Below the pieces are notes generated by a model. The model had not been told where the DNA came from. It saw nothing but the letters and a program-made list of their open reading frames with translations, and did no database searches. From Escherichia phage TH09, in sequence record MT446387.1: DNA of 64,000 bases; one strand, 5' to 3'. The stretch's first letter is position 1. Every line of letters begins with the position of its first letter. The position numbers and the translations under genes are program-made. Of the stretch, positions 19,913 to 29,661 are shown one piece after another.

Positions 19913-21591
19913 AGAATTTTAAACTAAACCGAGTTAGGTATCAAAATATAATGTCAGTAGGTGGAAATCCTATTGACATTCAATTAGATAAGGTTCAAAA
20001 AACTCTTATTACTGGACGAAATGGCGGTGGTAAGTCTACTATGTTAGAAGCCATCACGTTTGGGCTTTTTGGCAAGCCATTTCGTGATGTAAAGAAAGGT
20101 CAATTAATAAACAGCACAAATAAGAAAGAACTTTTAGTTGAACTGTGGATGGAATATGATGAGAAAAAGTACTATATCAAAAGAGGACAAAAACCAAACG
20201 TTTTCGAAATCACCGTTAACGGTACACGTCTTAATGAATCTGCCAGCAGTAAAGATTTCCAAGCAGAATTTGAACAGCTTATCGGAATGTCATATGCCAG
20301 TTTCAAGCAGATTGTTGTCCTTGGTACAGCAGGGTATACCCCTTTCATGGGTTTGTCGACCCCTGCGCGAAGAAAGCTTGTGGAAGACCTGCTTGAGGTA
20401 GGAACATTAGCTGAAATGGATAAGCTTAATAAAGCACTAATACGTGAATTAAATTCACAAAACCAAGTGCTTGATGTTAAAAAAGATAGTATTATCCAGC
20501 AAATTAAAATATATAATGATAATGTTGAACGCCAGAAAAAATTGTCTGGTGACAACCTTACTCGTCTACAAAATATGTATGATGATTTGGCAAAAGAAGC
20601 TAGAACGCTAAAATCGGAAATAGAAGAAGCTAATGAAAGATTAGTTAATATTGTTTTGGATGAAGACCCGACTGATGCATTTAATAAAATCGGTCAAGAA
20701 GCAGTTTTAATTAAATCAAAAATTGACTCGTATAATAAAGTCATTAATATGTATCACGAAGGTGGATTATGTCCAACCTGTTTGTCACAATTAAGTTCCG
20801 GCGATAAAGTTGTTTCTAAAATTAAAGATAAAGTTTCTGAATGTACGCATTCGTTTGAACAGCTTTCAACGCACCGTGATAATTTAAAAGTTCTTGTTGA
20901 TGAATACCGAGATAATATTAAAACCCAACAGTCGTTGGCAAATGATATTCGCAATAAAAAGCAATCTCTAATCACGACGGTAGATAAAGCTAAAAAGGTT
21001 AAAGCGGCTATAGAAAAAGCATCTTCTGAGTTTATTGACCATGCTGATGAAATAGCACTGCTTCAAGAAGAACTTGATAAAATTGTTAAGACAAAAACTA
21101 ATTTAGTAATGGAAAAATACCACCGAGGAATTTTGACTGATATGCTCAAAGATTCTGGTATTAAAGGTGCTATTATTAAAAAGTACATTCCATTATTCAA
21201 TAAGCAGATTAACCATTATCTTAAAATAATGGAAGCGGATTATGTGTTTACATTAGATGAAGAATTTAATGAGACAATTAAATCCCGTGGTCGTGAAGAT
21301 TTTAGTTATGCTTCATTTAGTGAAGGTGAAAAGGCACGAATCGATATTGCTCTTTTATTTACTTGGCGTGATATTGCTTCTATTGTATCTGGTGTTAGTA
21401 TTAGTACATTAATACTCGATGAAGTGTTTGATGGGTCATTTGATGCCGAAGGTATTAAAGGTGTAGCTAATATTATAAATTCAATGAAAAACACTAATGT
21501 TTTTATAATTTCACATAAAGACCATGACCCGCAAGAATATGGTCAGCATCTTCAAATGAAGAAAGTTGGTCGATTTACTGTAATGGTTTAA
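19909..21591 (+). CDS. 46: recombination ATPase gp46 (Rad50/SbcC-like)
   Basis: 560 aa; GTG start; Walker A GRNGGGKST, CxxC zinc hook, coiled coil. Confidence 0.9.
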   Translation: MKNFKLNRVRYQNIMSVGGNPIDIQLDKVQKTLITGRNGGGKSTMLEAITFGLFGKPFRDVKKGQLINSTNKKELLVELWMEYDEKKYYIKRGQKPNVFEITVNGTRLNESASSKDFQAEFEQLIGMSYASFKQIVVLGTAGYTPFMGLSTPARRKLVEDLLEVGTLAEMDKLNKALIRELNSQNQVLDVKKDSIIQQIKIYNDNVERQKKLSGDNLTRLQNMYDDLAKEARTLKSEIEEANERLVNIVLDEDPTDAFNKIGQEAVLIKSKIDSYNKVINMYHEGGLCPTCLSQLSSGDKVVSKIKDKVSECTHSFEQLSTHRDNLKVLVDEYRDNIKTQQSLANDIRNKKQSLITTVDKAKKVKAAIEKASSEFIDHADEIALLQEELDKIVKTKTNLVMEKYHRGILTDMLKDSGIKGAIIKKYIPLFNKQINHYLKIMEADYVFTLDEEFNETIKSRGREDFSYASFSEGEKARIDIALLFTWRDIASIVSGVSISTLILDEVFDGSFDAEGIKGVANIINSMKNTNVFIISHKDHDPQEYGQHLQMKKVGRFTVMV

Positions 21592-21646
21592 ATTTATAAG
21601 AGATTATGCTTTAATTTATTAGAGTATAATCTCTATGGAGGAAAAC

Positions 21647-21835
21647 ATGGAATATTCAACTGGACAGCATCTATTAACTATTCCTGAAATAAAACGATAT
21701 ATTCTGAGAAATAATTTTTCTAATGAAGAGCATATAGTTACTGAATCTATGCTTAGGAATGCATTTAAAGCAGAATATACAAAAATAATGTCCAATAGAA
21801 ATGAAGCTTGGACTGTTACTGATTATTATGACTAA
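21647..21835 (+). CDS. hypothetical protein
   Basis: GGAGG SD before ATG 21647. Confidence 0.45.
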   Translation: MEYSTGQHLLTIPEIKRYILRNNFSNEEHIVTESMLRNAFKAEYTKIMSNRNEAWTVTDYYD

Positions 21836-21844
21836 AGGTGTATT

Positions 21845-22234
21845 ATGACTAAAATTACTGTGAATTATACTGTTGACGTAAAAGATATTCAGCCAAAACA
21901 CGTGCGTTCTGAATCAAATCCACAAAATCAAAATAAAATTCGTCGAGCATGGGTTTTGTCTCTTTCTGATAACGCAATGGAAGTTATTCAGAACAAAATT
22001 AAATCTGCACCTGCTCGTCATGCGTATTATGAAGCTATCGATCGTGAAGTAAGTAATAAATGGATTGAACTAATGCGCAAACATACTGCAGAATCCCTAA
22101 ACGCCGGTGCTAAATTTATTATGACTTCATGCGGTGAACGTTTAGAAGATGATTATTGCGGTAATGCAGATGAACGTCTAATTGTTGCTGCTCAAATTGT
22201 TGCGGAAACAATTGCGGCTGATTTTAATCGTTAA
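21845..22234 (+). CDS. rpbA: RNA polymerase-binding protein RpbA
   Basis: 129 aa directly upstream of gene 45. Confidence 0.7.
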   Translation: MTKITVNYTVDVKDIQPKHVRSESNPQNQNKIRRAWVLSLSDNAMEVIQNKIKSAPARHAYYEAIDREVSNKWIELMRKHTAESLNAGAKFIMTSCGERLEDDYCGNADERLIVAAQIVAETIAADFNR

Positions 22235-22262
22235 TTGCTTTATTAAATTAGTTATAAAATTA
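22233..22262 (+). promoter_or_regulatory. putative MotA-dependent middle promoter for gene 45
   Basis: MotA box TTGCTTTA 22235-22242, TATAAA 22253-22258. Confidence 0.45.
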
Positions 22263-22289
22263 AATCTCATTTGAATTGAAGGAAATTAC

Positions 22290-22976
22290 ATGAAACTGTC
22301 TAAAGATACACTGAATATTTTGAAAAATTTCGCTACTATTAACTCTGGCATTATGCTTAAATCCGGTCAATTTATTATGACTCGCGCAGTTAATGGTACA
22401 ACTTATGCAGAAGCAAATATTTCTGACGTTATTGATTTTGATGTAGCAATTTACGATTTGAACGGTTTTCTCGGTATTCTGTCTCTAGTTAATGATGATG
22501 CAGAAATTTCCCAGTCAGAAGATGGAAATATTAAAATTGCTGATGCCCGCTCAACAATTTTTTGGCCAGCAGCCGATCCGAGTACAGTAGTTGCTCCTAA
22601 TAAACCAATTCCATTCCCGGTAGCATCTGTTGTTACTGAAATTAAAGCTGAAGACCTTCAACAACTGTTGCGTGTATCTCGTGGTCTGCAAATTGATACA
22701 ATTGCTATCACGGTAAAAGAAGGTAAAATCGTAATTAACGGTTTTAATAAAGTAGAAGATTCTGCTCTGACCCGTGTTAAATATTCTTTGACTCTTGGTG
22801 ATTATGATGGTGAAAATACATTTAATTTCATTATCAATATGGCAAATATGAAAATGCAACCAGGAAATTATAAACTTCTGCTCTGGGCAAAAGGTAAACA
22901 AGGTGCTGCTAAATTTGAAGGTGAACATGCGAATTATGTAGTAGCTCTTGAAGCTGATTCTACCCACGATTTTTAA
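22290..22976 (+). CDS. 45: sliding clamp gp45
   Basis: 228 aa; recognised as T4 gp45. Confidence 0.95.
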   Translation: MKLSKDTLNILKNFATINSGIMLKSGQFIMTRAVNGTTYAEANISDVIDFDVAIYDLNGFLGILSLVNDDAEISQSEDGNIKIADARSTIFWPAADPSTVVAPNKPIPFPVASVVTEIKAEDLQQLLRVSRGLQIDTIAITVKEGKIVINGFNKVEDSALTRVKYSLTLGDYDGENTFNFIINMANMKMQPGNYKLLLWAKGKQGAAKFEGEHANYVVALEADSTHDF

Positions 22977-22979
22977 TAA

Positions 22980-22996
22980 AGGGCTTCGGCCCTTTA
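22980..22996 (+). terminator. rho-independent terminator
   Basis: GGGCTTCGGCCC plus TTT. Confidence 0.55.
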
Positions 22997-23027
22997 TAAT
23001 TTACACTAAAACTTGAATGAGGAAATT

Positions 23028-23987
23028 ATGATTACCGTAAATGAAAAAGAACACATTCTTGAACAGAAATATCGTCCATCTACTATCGATGAATGTATTC
23101 TTCCCGCCTTTGATAAAGAAACCTTTAAATCTATTACAAGTAAAGGTAAGATTCCACATATTATTCTTCATTCTCCTTCTCCAGGAACAGGTAAAACAAC
23201 TGTAGCAAAAGCATTGTGTCATGATGTAAATGCTGATATGATGTTTGTGAATGGATCAGATTGTAAAATTGATTTCGTTCGTGGTCCTTTGACTAATTTT
23301 GCCAGCGCCGCTTCATTTGATGGTCGTCAAAAAGTAATCGTTATTGATGAATTTGACCGCTCAGGATTAGCAGAGTCTCAGCGACATCTTCGTTCCTTTA
23401 TGGAAGCTTATAGTTCAAACTGTAGTATTATTATTACTGCTAACAATATTGATGGTATTATTAAACCGCTTCAGTCACGCTGTCGAGTTATTACATTCGG
23501 TCAACCAACTGATGAAGATAAAATTGAAATGATGAAGCAGATGATTCGTCGATTGACTGAAATCTGCAAGCATGAAGGAATTGCTATAGCTGATATGAAA
23601 GTTGTAGCAGCTTTGGTTAAAAAGAATTTTCCTGATTTTCGTAAAACTATTGGCGAGCTCGATAGTTATTCATCTAAAGGTGTTTTGGATGCTGGTATTT
23701 TATCACTGGTTACTAACGATCGTGGTGCTATTGATGATGTTCTTGAGTCTCTCAAAAATAAAGGTGTTAAACAACTCAGAGCTTTAGCACCAAAATATGC
23801 AGCTGATTATTCGTGGTTCGTGGGTAAACTTGCCGAAGAAATCTATTCACGTGTAACTCCGCAAAGTATTATTCGTATGTACGAAATTGTTGGCGAAAAT
23901 AATCAGTATCATGGTATTGCAGCTAATACTGAGTTACATTTAGCATATCTTTTCATTCAATTGGCATGCGAAATGCAGTGGAAGTGA
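23028..23987 (+). CDS. 44: clamp loader large subunit gp44
   Basis: 319 aa from ATG 23028 (GAGGAAATT SD); Walker A GTGKTT. Confidence 0.95.
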   Translation: MITVNEKEHILEQKYRPSTIDECILPAFDKETFKSITSKGKIPHIILHSPSPGTGKTTVAKALCHDVNADMMFVNGSDCKIDFVRGPLTNFASAASFDGRQKVIVIDEFDRSGLAESQRHLRSFMEAYSSNCSIIITANNIDGIIKPLQSRCRVITFGQPTDEDKIEMMKQMIRRLTEICKHEGIAIADMKVVAALVKKNFPDFRKTIGELDSYSSKGVLDAGILSLVTNDRGAIDDVLESLKNKGVKQLRALAPKYAADYSWFVGKLAEEIYSRVTPQSIIRMYEIVGENNQYHGIAANTELHLAYLFIQLACEMQWK

Positions 23988-23988
23988 T

Positions 23989-24552
23989 ATGAGCTTATTT
24001 GAAGATGATATTCAATTAAACGAGCATCAAGTTGCTTGGTATTCAAAAGATTGGACAGCTGTCCAATCCGCTGCTGATTCTTTTAAAGAAAAAGCTGAAA
24101 ATGAATTTTTTGAAATAATTGGAGCTATTAATAATAAAACTAAATGCTCTATTGCTCAAAAAGATTATTCAAAATACATGGTTGAGAATGCATTATCACA
24201 ATTTCCTGAATGCATGCCAGCTGTATATGCTATGAATTTAATTGGATCAGGTTTAAGTGATGAAGCCCATTTTAATTATCTGATGGCTGCTGTTCCTCGG
24301 GGTAAAAGATATGGTAAATGGGCAAAACTGGTTGAAGATTCTACCGAAGTATTGATTATTAAGTTACTTGCTAAGCGGTATCAAGTTAATACAAATGATG
24401 CAATTAACTATAAATCAATTCTTACTAAAAATGGAAAACTTCCTTTAGTATTAAAAGAACTAAAAGGTTTAGTCACGGATGATTTTTTGAAAGAAGTGAC
24501 TAAGAACGTAAAAGAACAGAAACAACTCAAAAAACTAGCATTGGAATGGTAA
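23989..24552 (+). CDS. 62: clamp loader small subunit gp62
   Basis: 187 aa; recognised as T4 gp62. Confidence 0.9.
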   Translation: MSLFEDDIQLNEHQVAWYSKDWTAVQSAADSFKEKAENEFFEIIGAINNKTKCSIAQKDYSKYMVENALSQFPECMPAVYAMNLIGSGLSDEAHFNYLMAAVPRGKRYGKWAKLVEDSTEVLIIKLLAKRYQVNTNDAINYKSILTKNGKLPLVLKELKGLVTDDFLKEVTKNVKEQKQLKKLALEW

Positions 24553-24553
24553 A

Positions 24554-24922
24554 ATGATTGAAATTACTCTTAAAAAACCTGAAGATTTTCTGAAAGTAAA
24601 AGAAACTTTGACTCGTATGGGAATTGCTAATAATAAAGATAAAGTTCTGTATCAGTCCTGTCATATTCTTCAGAAAAAAGGACTATACTATATCGTTCAT
24701 TTTAAAGAAATGCTTCGTATGGATGGTCGCCAAGTTGAAATGACAGAAGAAGATGAAGTTCGTCGTGATTCGATTGCATGGCTATTAGAAGATTGGGGAC
24801 TAATTGAAATCGCTCCCGGTCAAAGAACTTTTATGAAAGACTTAACTAATAACTTCCGAGTTATTTCTTTTAAGCAAAAACATGAATGGAAACTCGTTCC
24901 TAAATATACGATTGGTAATTAA
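24554..24922 (+). CDS. regA: translational repressor RegA
   Basis: 122 aa; recognised as T4 RegA. Confidence 0.9.
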   Translation: MIEITLKKPEDFLKVKETLTRMGIANNKDKVLYQSCHILQKKGLYYIVHFKEMLRMDGRQVEMTEEDEVRRDSIAWLLEDWGLIEIAPGQRTFMKDLTNNFRVISFKQKHEWKLVPKYTIGN

Positions 24923-24925
24923 GCA

Positions 24926-24946
24926 AGGGGCTTCGGCCCCTTATTT
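24926..24946 (+). terminator. rho-independent terminator
   Basis: GGGGCTTCGGCCCC hairpin. Confidence 0.55.
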
Positions 24947-24963
24947 GGAGTATAATATATCAA

Positions 24964-24999
24964 GAGCCTAATAACTCGGGCTATAAACTAAGGAATATC
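24964..24999 (+). promoter_or_regulatory. putative gene 43 translational operator
   Basis: Short hairpin (AGCC...GGCT) immediately upstream of the gene 43 SD, as described for T4 gp43 autoregulation. Confidence 0.45.
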
Positions 25000-25000
25000 T

Positions 25001-27697
25001 ATGAAAGAATTTTATATCTCTATTGAAACAGTCGGAAATAACATTGTTGAGCGTTATATTGATGAAAATGGAAATGAACGTACTCGTGAAGTAGAATATC
25101 TTCCAACTATGTTTAGGCATTGTAAGGAAGAGTCAAAGTACAAAGACATCTATGGTAAAAACTGCGCTCCTCAAAAATTTCCATCAATGAAAGATGCACG
25201 AGACTGGATGAAGCGAATGGAAGACATCGGTCTCGAAGCTCTTGGTATGAACGATTTTAAACTTGCTTATATCAGTGATACATATGGTTCAGAAATTGTT
25301 TATGACCGAAAATTTGTTCGTGTAGCTAACTGTGACATTGAGGTTACTGGTGATAAATTTCCTGACCCAATGAAAGCAGAATATGAAATTGATGCTATCA
25401 CTCATTATGATTCAATTGACGATCGTTTTTACGTCTTTGATTTGTTGAATTCAATGTACGGTTCAGTATCAAAATGGGATGCAAAGTTAGCTGCTAAGCT
25501 TGACTGTGAAGGTGGTGATGAAGTTCCTCAAGAAATTCTTGACCGAGTAATTTATATGCCATTTGATAATGAGCGTGATATGCTCATGGAATATATCAAT
25601 CTTTGGGAACAGAAACGACCTGCTATTTTTACTGGTTGGAATATTGAGGGATTTGACGTTCCGTATATCATGAACCGTGTTAAAATGGTTCTCGGTGAAC
25701 GCAGTATGAAACGTTTCTCTCCAATCGGTCGAGTAAAATCTAAACTTATCCAAAATATGTACGGTAGCAAAGAAATTTATTCTATTGATGGCGTATCTAT
25801 TCTTGATTATTTAGATTTGTACAAGAAATTCGCTTTTACTAATTTGCCGTCATTCTCTTTGGAATCAGTTGCTCAGCATGAAACCAAAAAAGGTAAATTA
25901 CCATACGACGGTCCTATTAATAAACTTCGTGAGACTAATCATCAACGATACATTAGTTATAACATCATTGACGTAGAATCAGTTCAAGCAATTGATAAAA
26001 TTCGCGGGTTTATCGATCTAGTTTTAAGTATGTCTTATTACGCTAAAATGCCTTTTTCCGGTGTAATGAGTCCTATTAAAACTTGGGATGCTATTATTTT
26101 TAACTCATTGAAAGGTGAACATAAGGTTATTCCTCAACAAGGTTCGCACGTTAAACAAAGTTTTCCGGGTGCATTTGTATTTGAACCTAAACCAATTGCT
26201 CGTCGATATATTATGAGTTTTGACTTGACGTCTCTGTATCCGAGCATTATTCGTCAGGTTAACATTAGTCCTGAGACTATTCGTGGTCAGTTTAAAGTTC
26301 ATCCAATTCATGAATATATCGCAGGAACAGCTCCTAAACCGAGTGATGAATATTCTTGTTCTCCGAATGGATGGATGTATGATAAGCATCAAGAAGGTAT
26401 CATTCCAAAGGAAATCGCTAAAGTATTTTTCCAGCGTAAAGATTGGAAAAAGAAAATGTTCGCTGAAGAAATGAATGCCGAAGCTATTAAAAAGATTATT
26501 ATGAAAGGCGCAGGGTCCTGTTCAACTAAACCTGAAGTTGAACGATATGTTAAGTTCAGTGATGATTTCTTAAATGAATTATCGAATTACACCGAATCTG
26601 TTCTTAATAATTTGATCGAAGAGTGTGAAAAAGCAGCTACACTTGCTAACACAAATCAGCTGAACCGTAAAATTCTTATTAACAGTCTTTATGGTGCTCT
26701 TGGTAATATTCATTTCCGTTACTATGATTTGCGAAATGCTACTGCTATCACAATTTTCGGCCAAGTTGGTATTCAGTGGATTGCTCGTAAAATTAATGAA
26801 TATCTGAATAAAGTATGCGGAACTAATGATGAAGATTTCATTGCAGCAGGTGATACTGATTCGGTATATGTTTGTGTAGATAAAGTTATTGAAAAAGTTG
26901 GTCTTGACCGATTCAAAGAGCAGAACGATTTAGTTGAATTCATGAATCAGTTCGGTAAGAAAAAGATGGAACCTATGATTGATGTTGCATATCGTGAGTT
27001 ATGTGATTATATGAATAACCGCGAGCATCTGATGCATATGGACCGTGAAGCTATTTCTTGCCCTCCACTTGGTTCAAAGGGCGTTGGTGGATTTTGGAAA
27101 GCGAAAAAGCGCTATGCTCTGAACGTATATGATATGGAAGATAAGCGATTTGCTGAACCGCATCTAAAAATCATGGGTATGGAAACTCAGCAGAGTTCAA
27201 CGCCTAAAGCGGTCCAAGAAGCTCTTGAAGAAAGTATTCGTCGTATTCTTCAAGAAGGCGAAGAGTCTGTTCAAGAATATTATAAGAACTTTGAGAAAGA
27301 ATATCGTCAACTTGACTATAAAGTTATTGCTGAAGTAAAAACTGCAAACGATATAGCGAAATATGATGATAAAGGTTGGCCAGGATTTAAATGCCCGTTC
27401 CATATTCGTGGTGTGCTAACTTATCGTCGAGCTGTTAACGGTTTAGGTGTAGCTCCAATTTTGGATGGAAATAAAGTAATGGTTCTTCCATTGCGTGAAG
27501 GAAATCCATTTGGTGACAAGTGCATTGCTTGGCCGTCGGGCACAGAACTTCCAAAAGAAATTCGTTCTGACGTATTGTCTTGGATTGACTACTCAACTTT
27601 GTTCCAAAAATCGTTTGTTAAACCGCTTGCAGGCATGTGTGAATCGGCTGGTATGGACTATGAAGAAAAAGCTTCGTTAGACTTCCTGTTTGGCTGA
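25001..27697 (+). CDS. 43: DNA polymerase gp43
   Basis: 898 aa; family B polymerase and exonuclease motifs; recognised as T4 gp43. Confidence 0.97.
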   Translation: MKEFYISIETVGNNIVERYIDENGNERTREVEYLPTMFRHCKEESKYKDIYGKNCAPQKFPSMKDARDWMKRMEDIGLEALGMNDFKLAYISDTYGSEIVYDRKFVRVANCDIEVTGDKFPDPMKAEYEIDAITHYDSIDDRFYVFDLLNSMYGSVSKWDAKLAAKLDCEGGDEVPQEILDRVIYMPFDNERDMLMEYINLWEQKRPAIFTGWNIEGFDVPYIMNRVKMVLGERSMKRFSPIGRVKSKLIQNMYGSKEIYSIDGVSILDYLDLYKKFAFTNLPSFSLESVAQHETKKGKLPYDGPINKLRETNHQRYISYNIIDVESVQAIDKIRGFIDLVLSMSYYAKMPFSGVMSPIKTWDAIIFNSLKGEHKVIPQQGSHVKQSFPGAFVFEPKPIARRYIMSFDLTSLYPSIIRQVNISPETIRGQFKVHPIHEYIAGTAPKPSDEYSCSPNGWMYDKHQEGIIPKEIAKVFFQRKDWKKKMFAEEMNAEAIKKIIMKGAGSCSTKPEVERYVKFSDDFLNELSNYTESVLNNLIEECEKAATLANTNQLNRKILINSLYGALGNIHFRYYDLRNATAITIFGQVGIQWIARKINEYLNKVCGTNDEDFIAAGDTDSVYVCVDKVIEKVGLDRFKEQNDLVEFMNQFGKKKMEPMIDVAYRELCDYMNNREHLMHMDREAISCPPLGSKGVGGFWKAKKRYALNVYDMEDKRFAEPHLKIMGMETQQSSTPKAVQEALEESIRRILQEGEESVQEYYKNFEKEYRQLDYKVIAEVKTANDIAKYDDKGWPGFKCPFHIRGVLTYRRAVNGLGVAPILDGNKVMVLPLREGNPFGDKCIAWPSGTELPKEIRSDVLSWIDYSTLFQKSFVKPLAGMCESAGMDYEEKASLDFLFG

Positions 27698-27709
27698 TAG
27701 AATAAATCT

Positions 27710-27732
27710 AGGGACCTCCGGGTCCCTTTTTC
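27710..27732 (+). terminator. rho-independent terminator
   Basis: GGGACC-tccg-GGTCCC plus TTTTT. Confidence 0.6.
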
Positions 27733-27794
27733 ATACAAGTAATATAAATCTATACTTATGAAAAACAGATGATTCTGGACCTTTAGAATTCCCT

Positions 27795-27850
27795 AAAAAA
27801 TTTTCACAAAACTGTTTACAAGACTGTTCTTCCATGGTACTATACAACTA
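27795..27850 (+). promoter_or_regulatory. T4-type early promoter
   Basis: GTTTACA 27814-27820, TGGTACTATA -10. Confidence 0.6.
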
Positions 27851-27880
27851 TCAACTATTGATACAGATTTGGAGAATAAA

Positions 27881-28117
27881 ATGAAAATTGTTATGGGATG
27901 CTTAGCAGTTTGTTTAGTTGCATTAGCAGCAGTTCCATTTGTTAGTGTTGAAAATGATACTCAACCTGTGATTGAATCTAGCACCGTTATTCACACTAAT
28001 GGTAAAATATCAGTTAAAATTGATGATAATCTTCATGTGAATACAAATGGATCTTTAGGTGTGCAAATGGGTAATACCTGCATAAGCACTACTGGAGTAA
28101 TTACTACTTGCATTTGA
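27881..28117 (+). CDS. secreted small protein (signal peptide)
   Basis: 78 aa from ATG 27881; hydrophobic N-terminal leader. Confidence 0.5.
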   Translation: MKIVMGCLAVCLVALAAVPFVSVENDTQPVIESSTVIHTNGKISVKIDDNLHVNTNGSLGVQMGNTCISTTGVITTCI

Positions 28118-28127
28118 GGAAATTATT

Positions 28128-28508
28128 ATGAAAATCGCTATTTTGGTTATTGCATTAGGTCTTACTGGTTGTGTAGCTCAAGGACCGGTAGTAAATCAGT
28201 CTGATGTAGGAAAAATTGTAAACTGTTCAAGCAAATTTTATAATCCTAATGTCAAGTGTTATAAAGAAGCTCCAAAACAGACAGTAGAACAAATGCAGGC
28301 GAATTTTGACGAAGCTATTCGTCCAGATGAATCTGCTCAAGCATATCGTAATTCGGATGTAATTACACGCGAAGAAAAAATTGAAAACTACTGCGCCGAG
28401 CTTTGGGCTAATTGGGCTAATAATTACCAATGGCGTACTGGTAAAAATGCTCCGATGGAGTATGTAGTGAATTCTTATAATTCATGTGTAAAAAATTTGA
28501 CTAAGTGA
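28128..28508 (+). CDS. putative lipoprotein
   Basis: 126 aa; signal peptide with lipobox LTGC. Confidence 0.55.
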   Translation: MKIAILVIALGLTGCVAQGPVVNQSDVGKIVNCSSKFYNPNVKCYKEAPKQTVEQMQANFDEAIRPDESAQAYRNSDVITREEKIENYCAELWANWANNYQWRTGKNAPMEYVVNSYNSCVKNLTK

Positions 28509-28515
28509 GGAAAAC

Positions 28516-28767
28516 ATGGAAACTTTAGTAGCAGGTTCAATTTTTATGGTTTTAGTTTCAGGTGTGTTGGCTATTATTATATACATGCTTCCATGGTTTA
28601 TCGCCTTGATGCGTGGGTCAAAATCGACAGTAGGAATCTTTTTCACATCTTTACTGTTTAACTGGTCAATTATTGGTTGGTTTATTACATTTATTTGGTC
28701 AATTGCGGGTGAAACTAAAAAGTCTGCACAGCCAAATCAGGTAATTATCATCAGAGAGAAGGAATGA
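28516..28767 (+). CDS. imm: superinfection immunity protein Imm
   Basis: 83 aa, two TM segments, directly upstream of gene 42. Confidence 0.65.
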   Translation: METLVAGSIFMVLVSGVLAIIIYMLPWFIALMRGSKSTVGIFFTSLLFNWSIIGWFITFIWSIAGETKKSAQPNQVIIIREKE

Positions 28768-28913
28768 AAAGCAAAATTATAACAGTGTTGCTTTTAATCT
28801 TGATGATTATAATAAGTATATACTATAGTGTAACGGTTCCTCTTATGATTCCAACTATTATTTTAGGTTGGAGCTTATTACTGTTACAAGTTAAATATGA
28901 ATGTATCAATTGA
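28764..28913 (+). CDS. small membrane protein
   Basis: 49-codon hydrophobic ORF; ATGA overlap with imm stop. Confidence 0.35.
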   Translation: MKSKIITVLLLILMIIISIYYSVTVPLMIPTIILGWSLLLLQVKYECIN

Positions 28914-28920
28914 GGTTTAA

Positions 28921-29661
28921 ATGATTAGTGACTCTATGACAGTTGAAGAAATCCGTCTTCATTTGGGGCTTGCATTAAAAGAAAAAGATTTCGTAGTTGA
29001 TAAAACTGGTGTTAAAACTATTGAAATTATTGGCGCATCATTTATAGCAGATGAACCGTTTATTTTTGGCGCTCTTAATGATGAATACATTCAGCGTGAA
29101 CTTGAATGGTATAAATCTAAGAGCTTGTTTGTTAAAGATATTCCAGGTGAAACACCAAAGATTTGGCAGCAGGTAGCATCTTCTAAAGGCGAAATTAACT
29201 CGAATTACGGTTGGGCTATTTGGTCAGAAGATAACTATGCCCAGTATGATATGTGTTTAGCTGAACTTGGTCAAAATCCTGATTCTCGACGTGGTATCAT
29301 GATTTATACTCGTCCATCTATGCAGTTTGACTATAATAAAGATGGTATGTCAGATTTCATGTGTACGAATACAGTACAGTACCTGATTCGTGATAAGAAA
29401 GTCAATGCAGTAGTAAGCATGCGCTCAAATGATGTGGTCTTCGGATTCCGTAATGATTATGCATGGCAAAAATACGTATTAGATAAATTAGTATCTGATT
29501 TGAATGCCGGCGATTCAACTCGTCAGTATAAAGCAGGTTCTATTATATGGAATGTTGGAAGTCTTCATGTATATTCTCGTCATTTTTACTTGGTTGATCA
29601 TTGGTGGAATACTGGCGAAACTCATATTGTGAAAAAAGACTATAAAGGTGAGTGGAAATGA
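28921..29661 (+). CDS. 42: dCMP hydroxymethylase gp42
   Basis: 246 aa; recognised as T4 gp42. Confidence 0.95.
   Translation: MISDSMTVEEIRLHLGLALKEKDFVVDKTGVKTIEIIGASFIADEPFIFGALNDEYIQRELEWYKSKSLFVKDIPGETPKIWQQVASSKGEINSNYGWAIWSEDNYAQYDMCLAELGQNPDSRRGIMIYTRPSMQFDYNKDGMSDFMCTNTVQYLIRDKKVNAVVSMRSNDVVFGFRNDYAWQKYVLDKLVSDLNAGDSTRQYKAGSIIWNVGSLHVYSRHFYLVDHWWNTGETHIVKKDYKGEWK

Noticed and set aside
22551-22967. 138-aa antisense ORF inside gene 45, and similar antisense ORFs at 26105-26392, 48776-49342, 8126-8455, 1777-2016, 20172-20555 and 53926-54224
   Set aside because: They lie wholly within well-supported + strand genes, lack SD sequences and have low-complexity composition; treated as reading-frame shadows.
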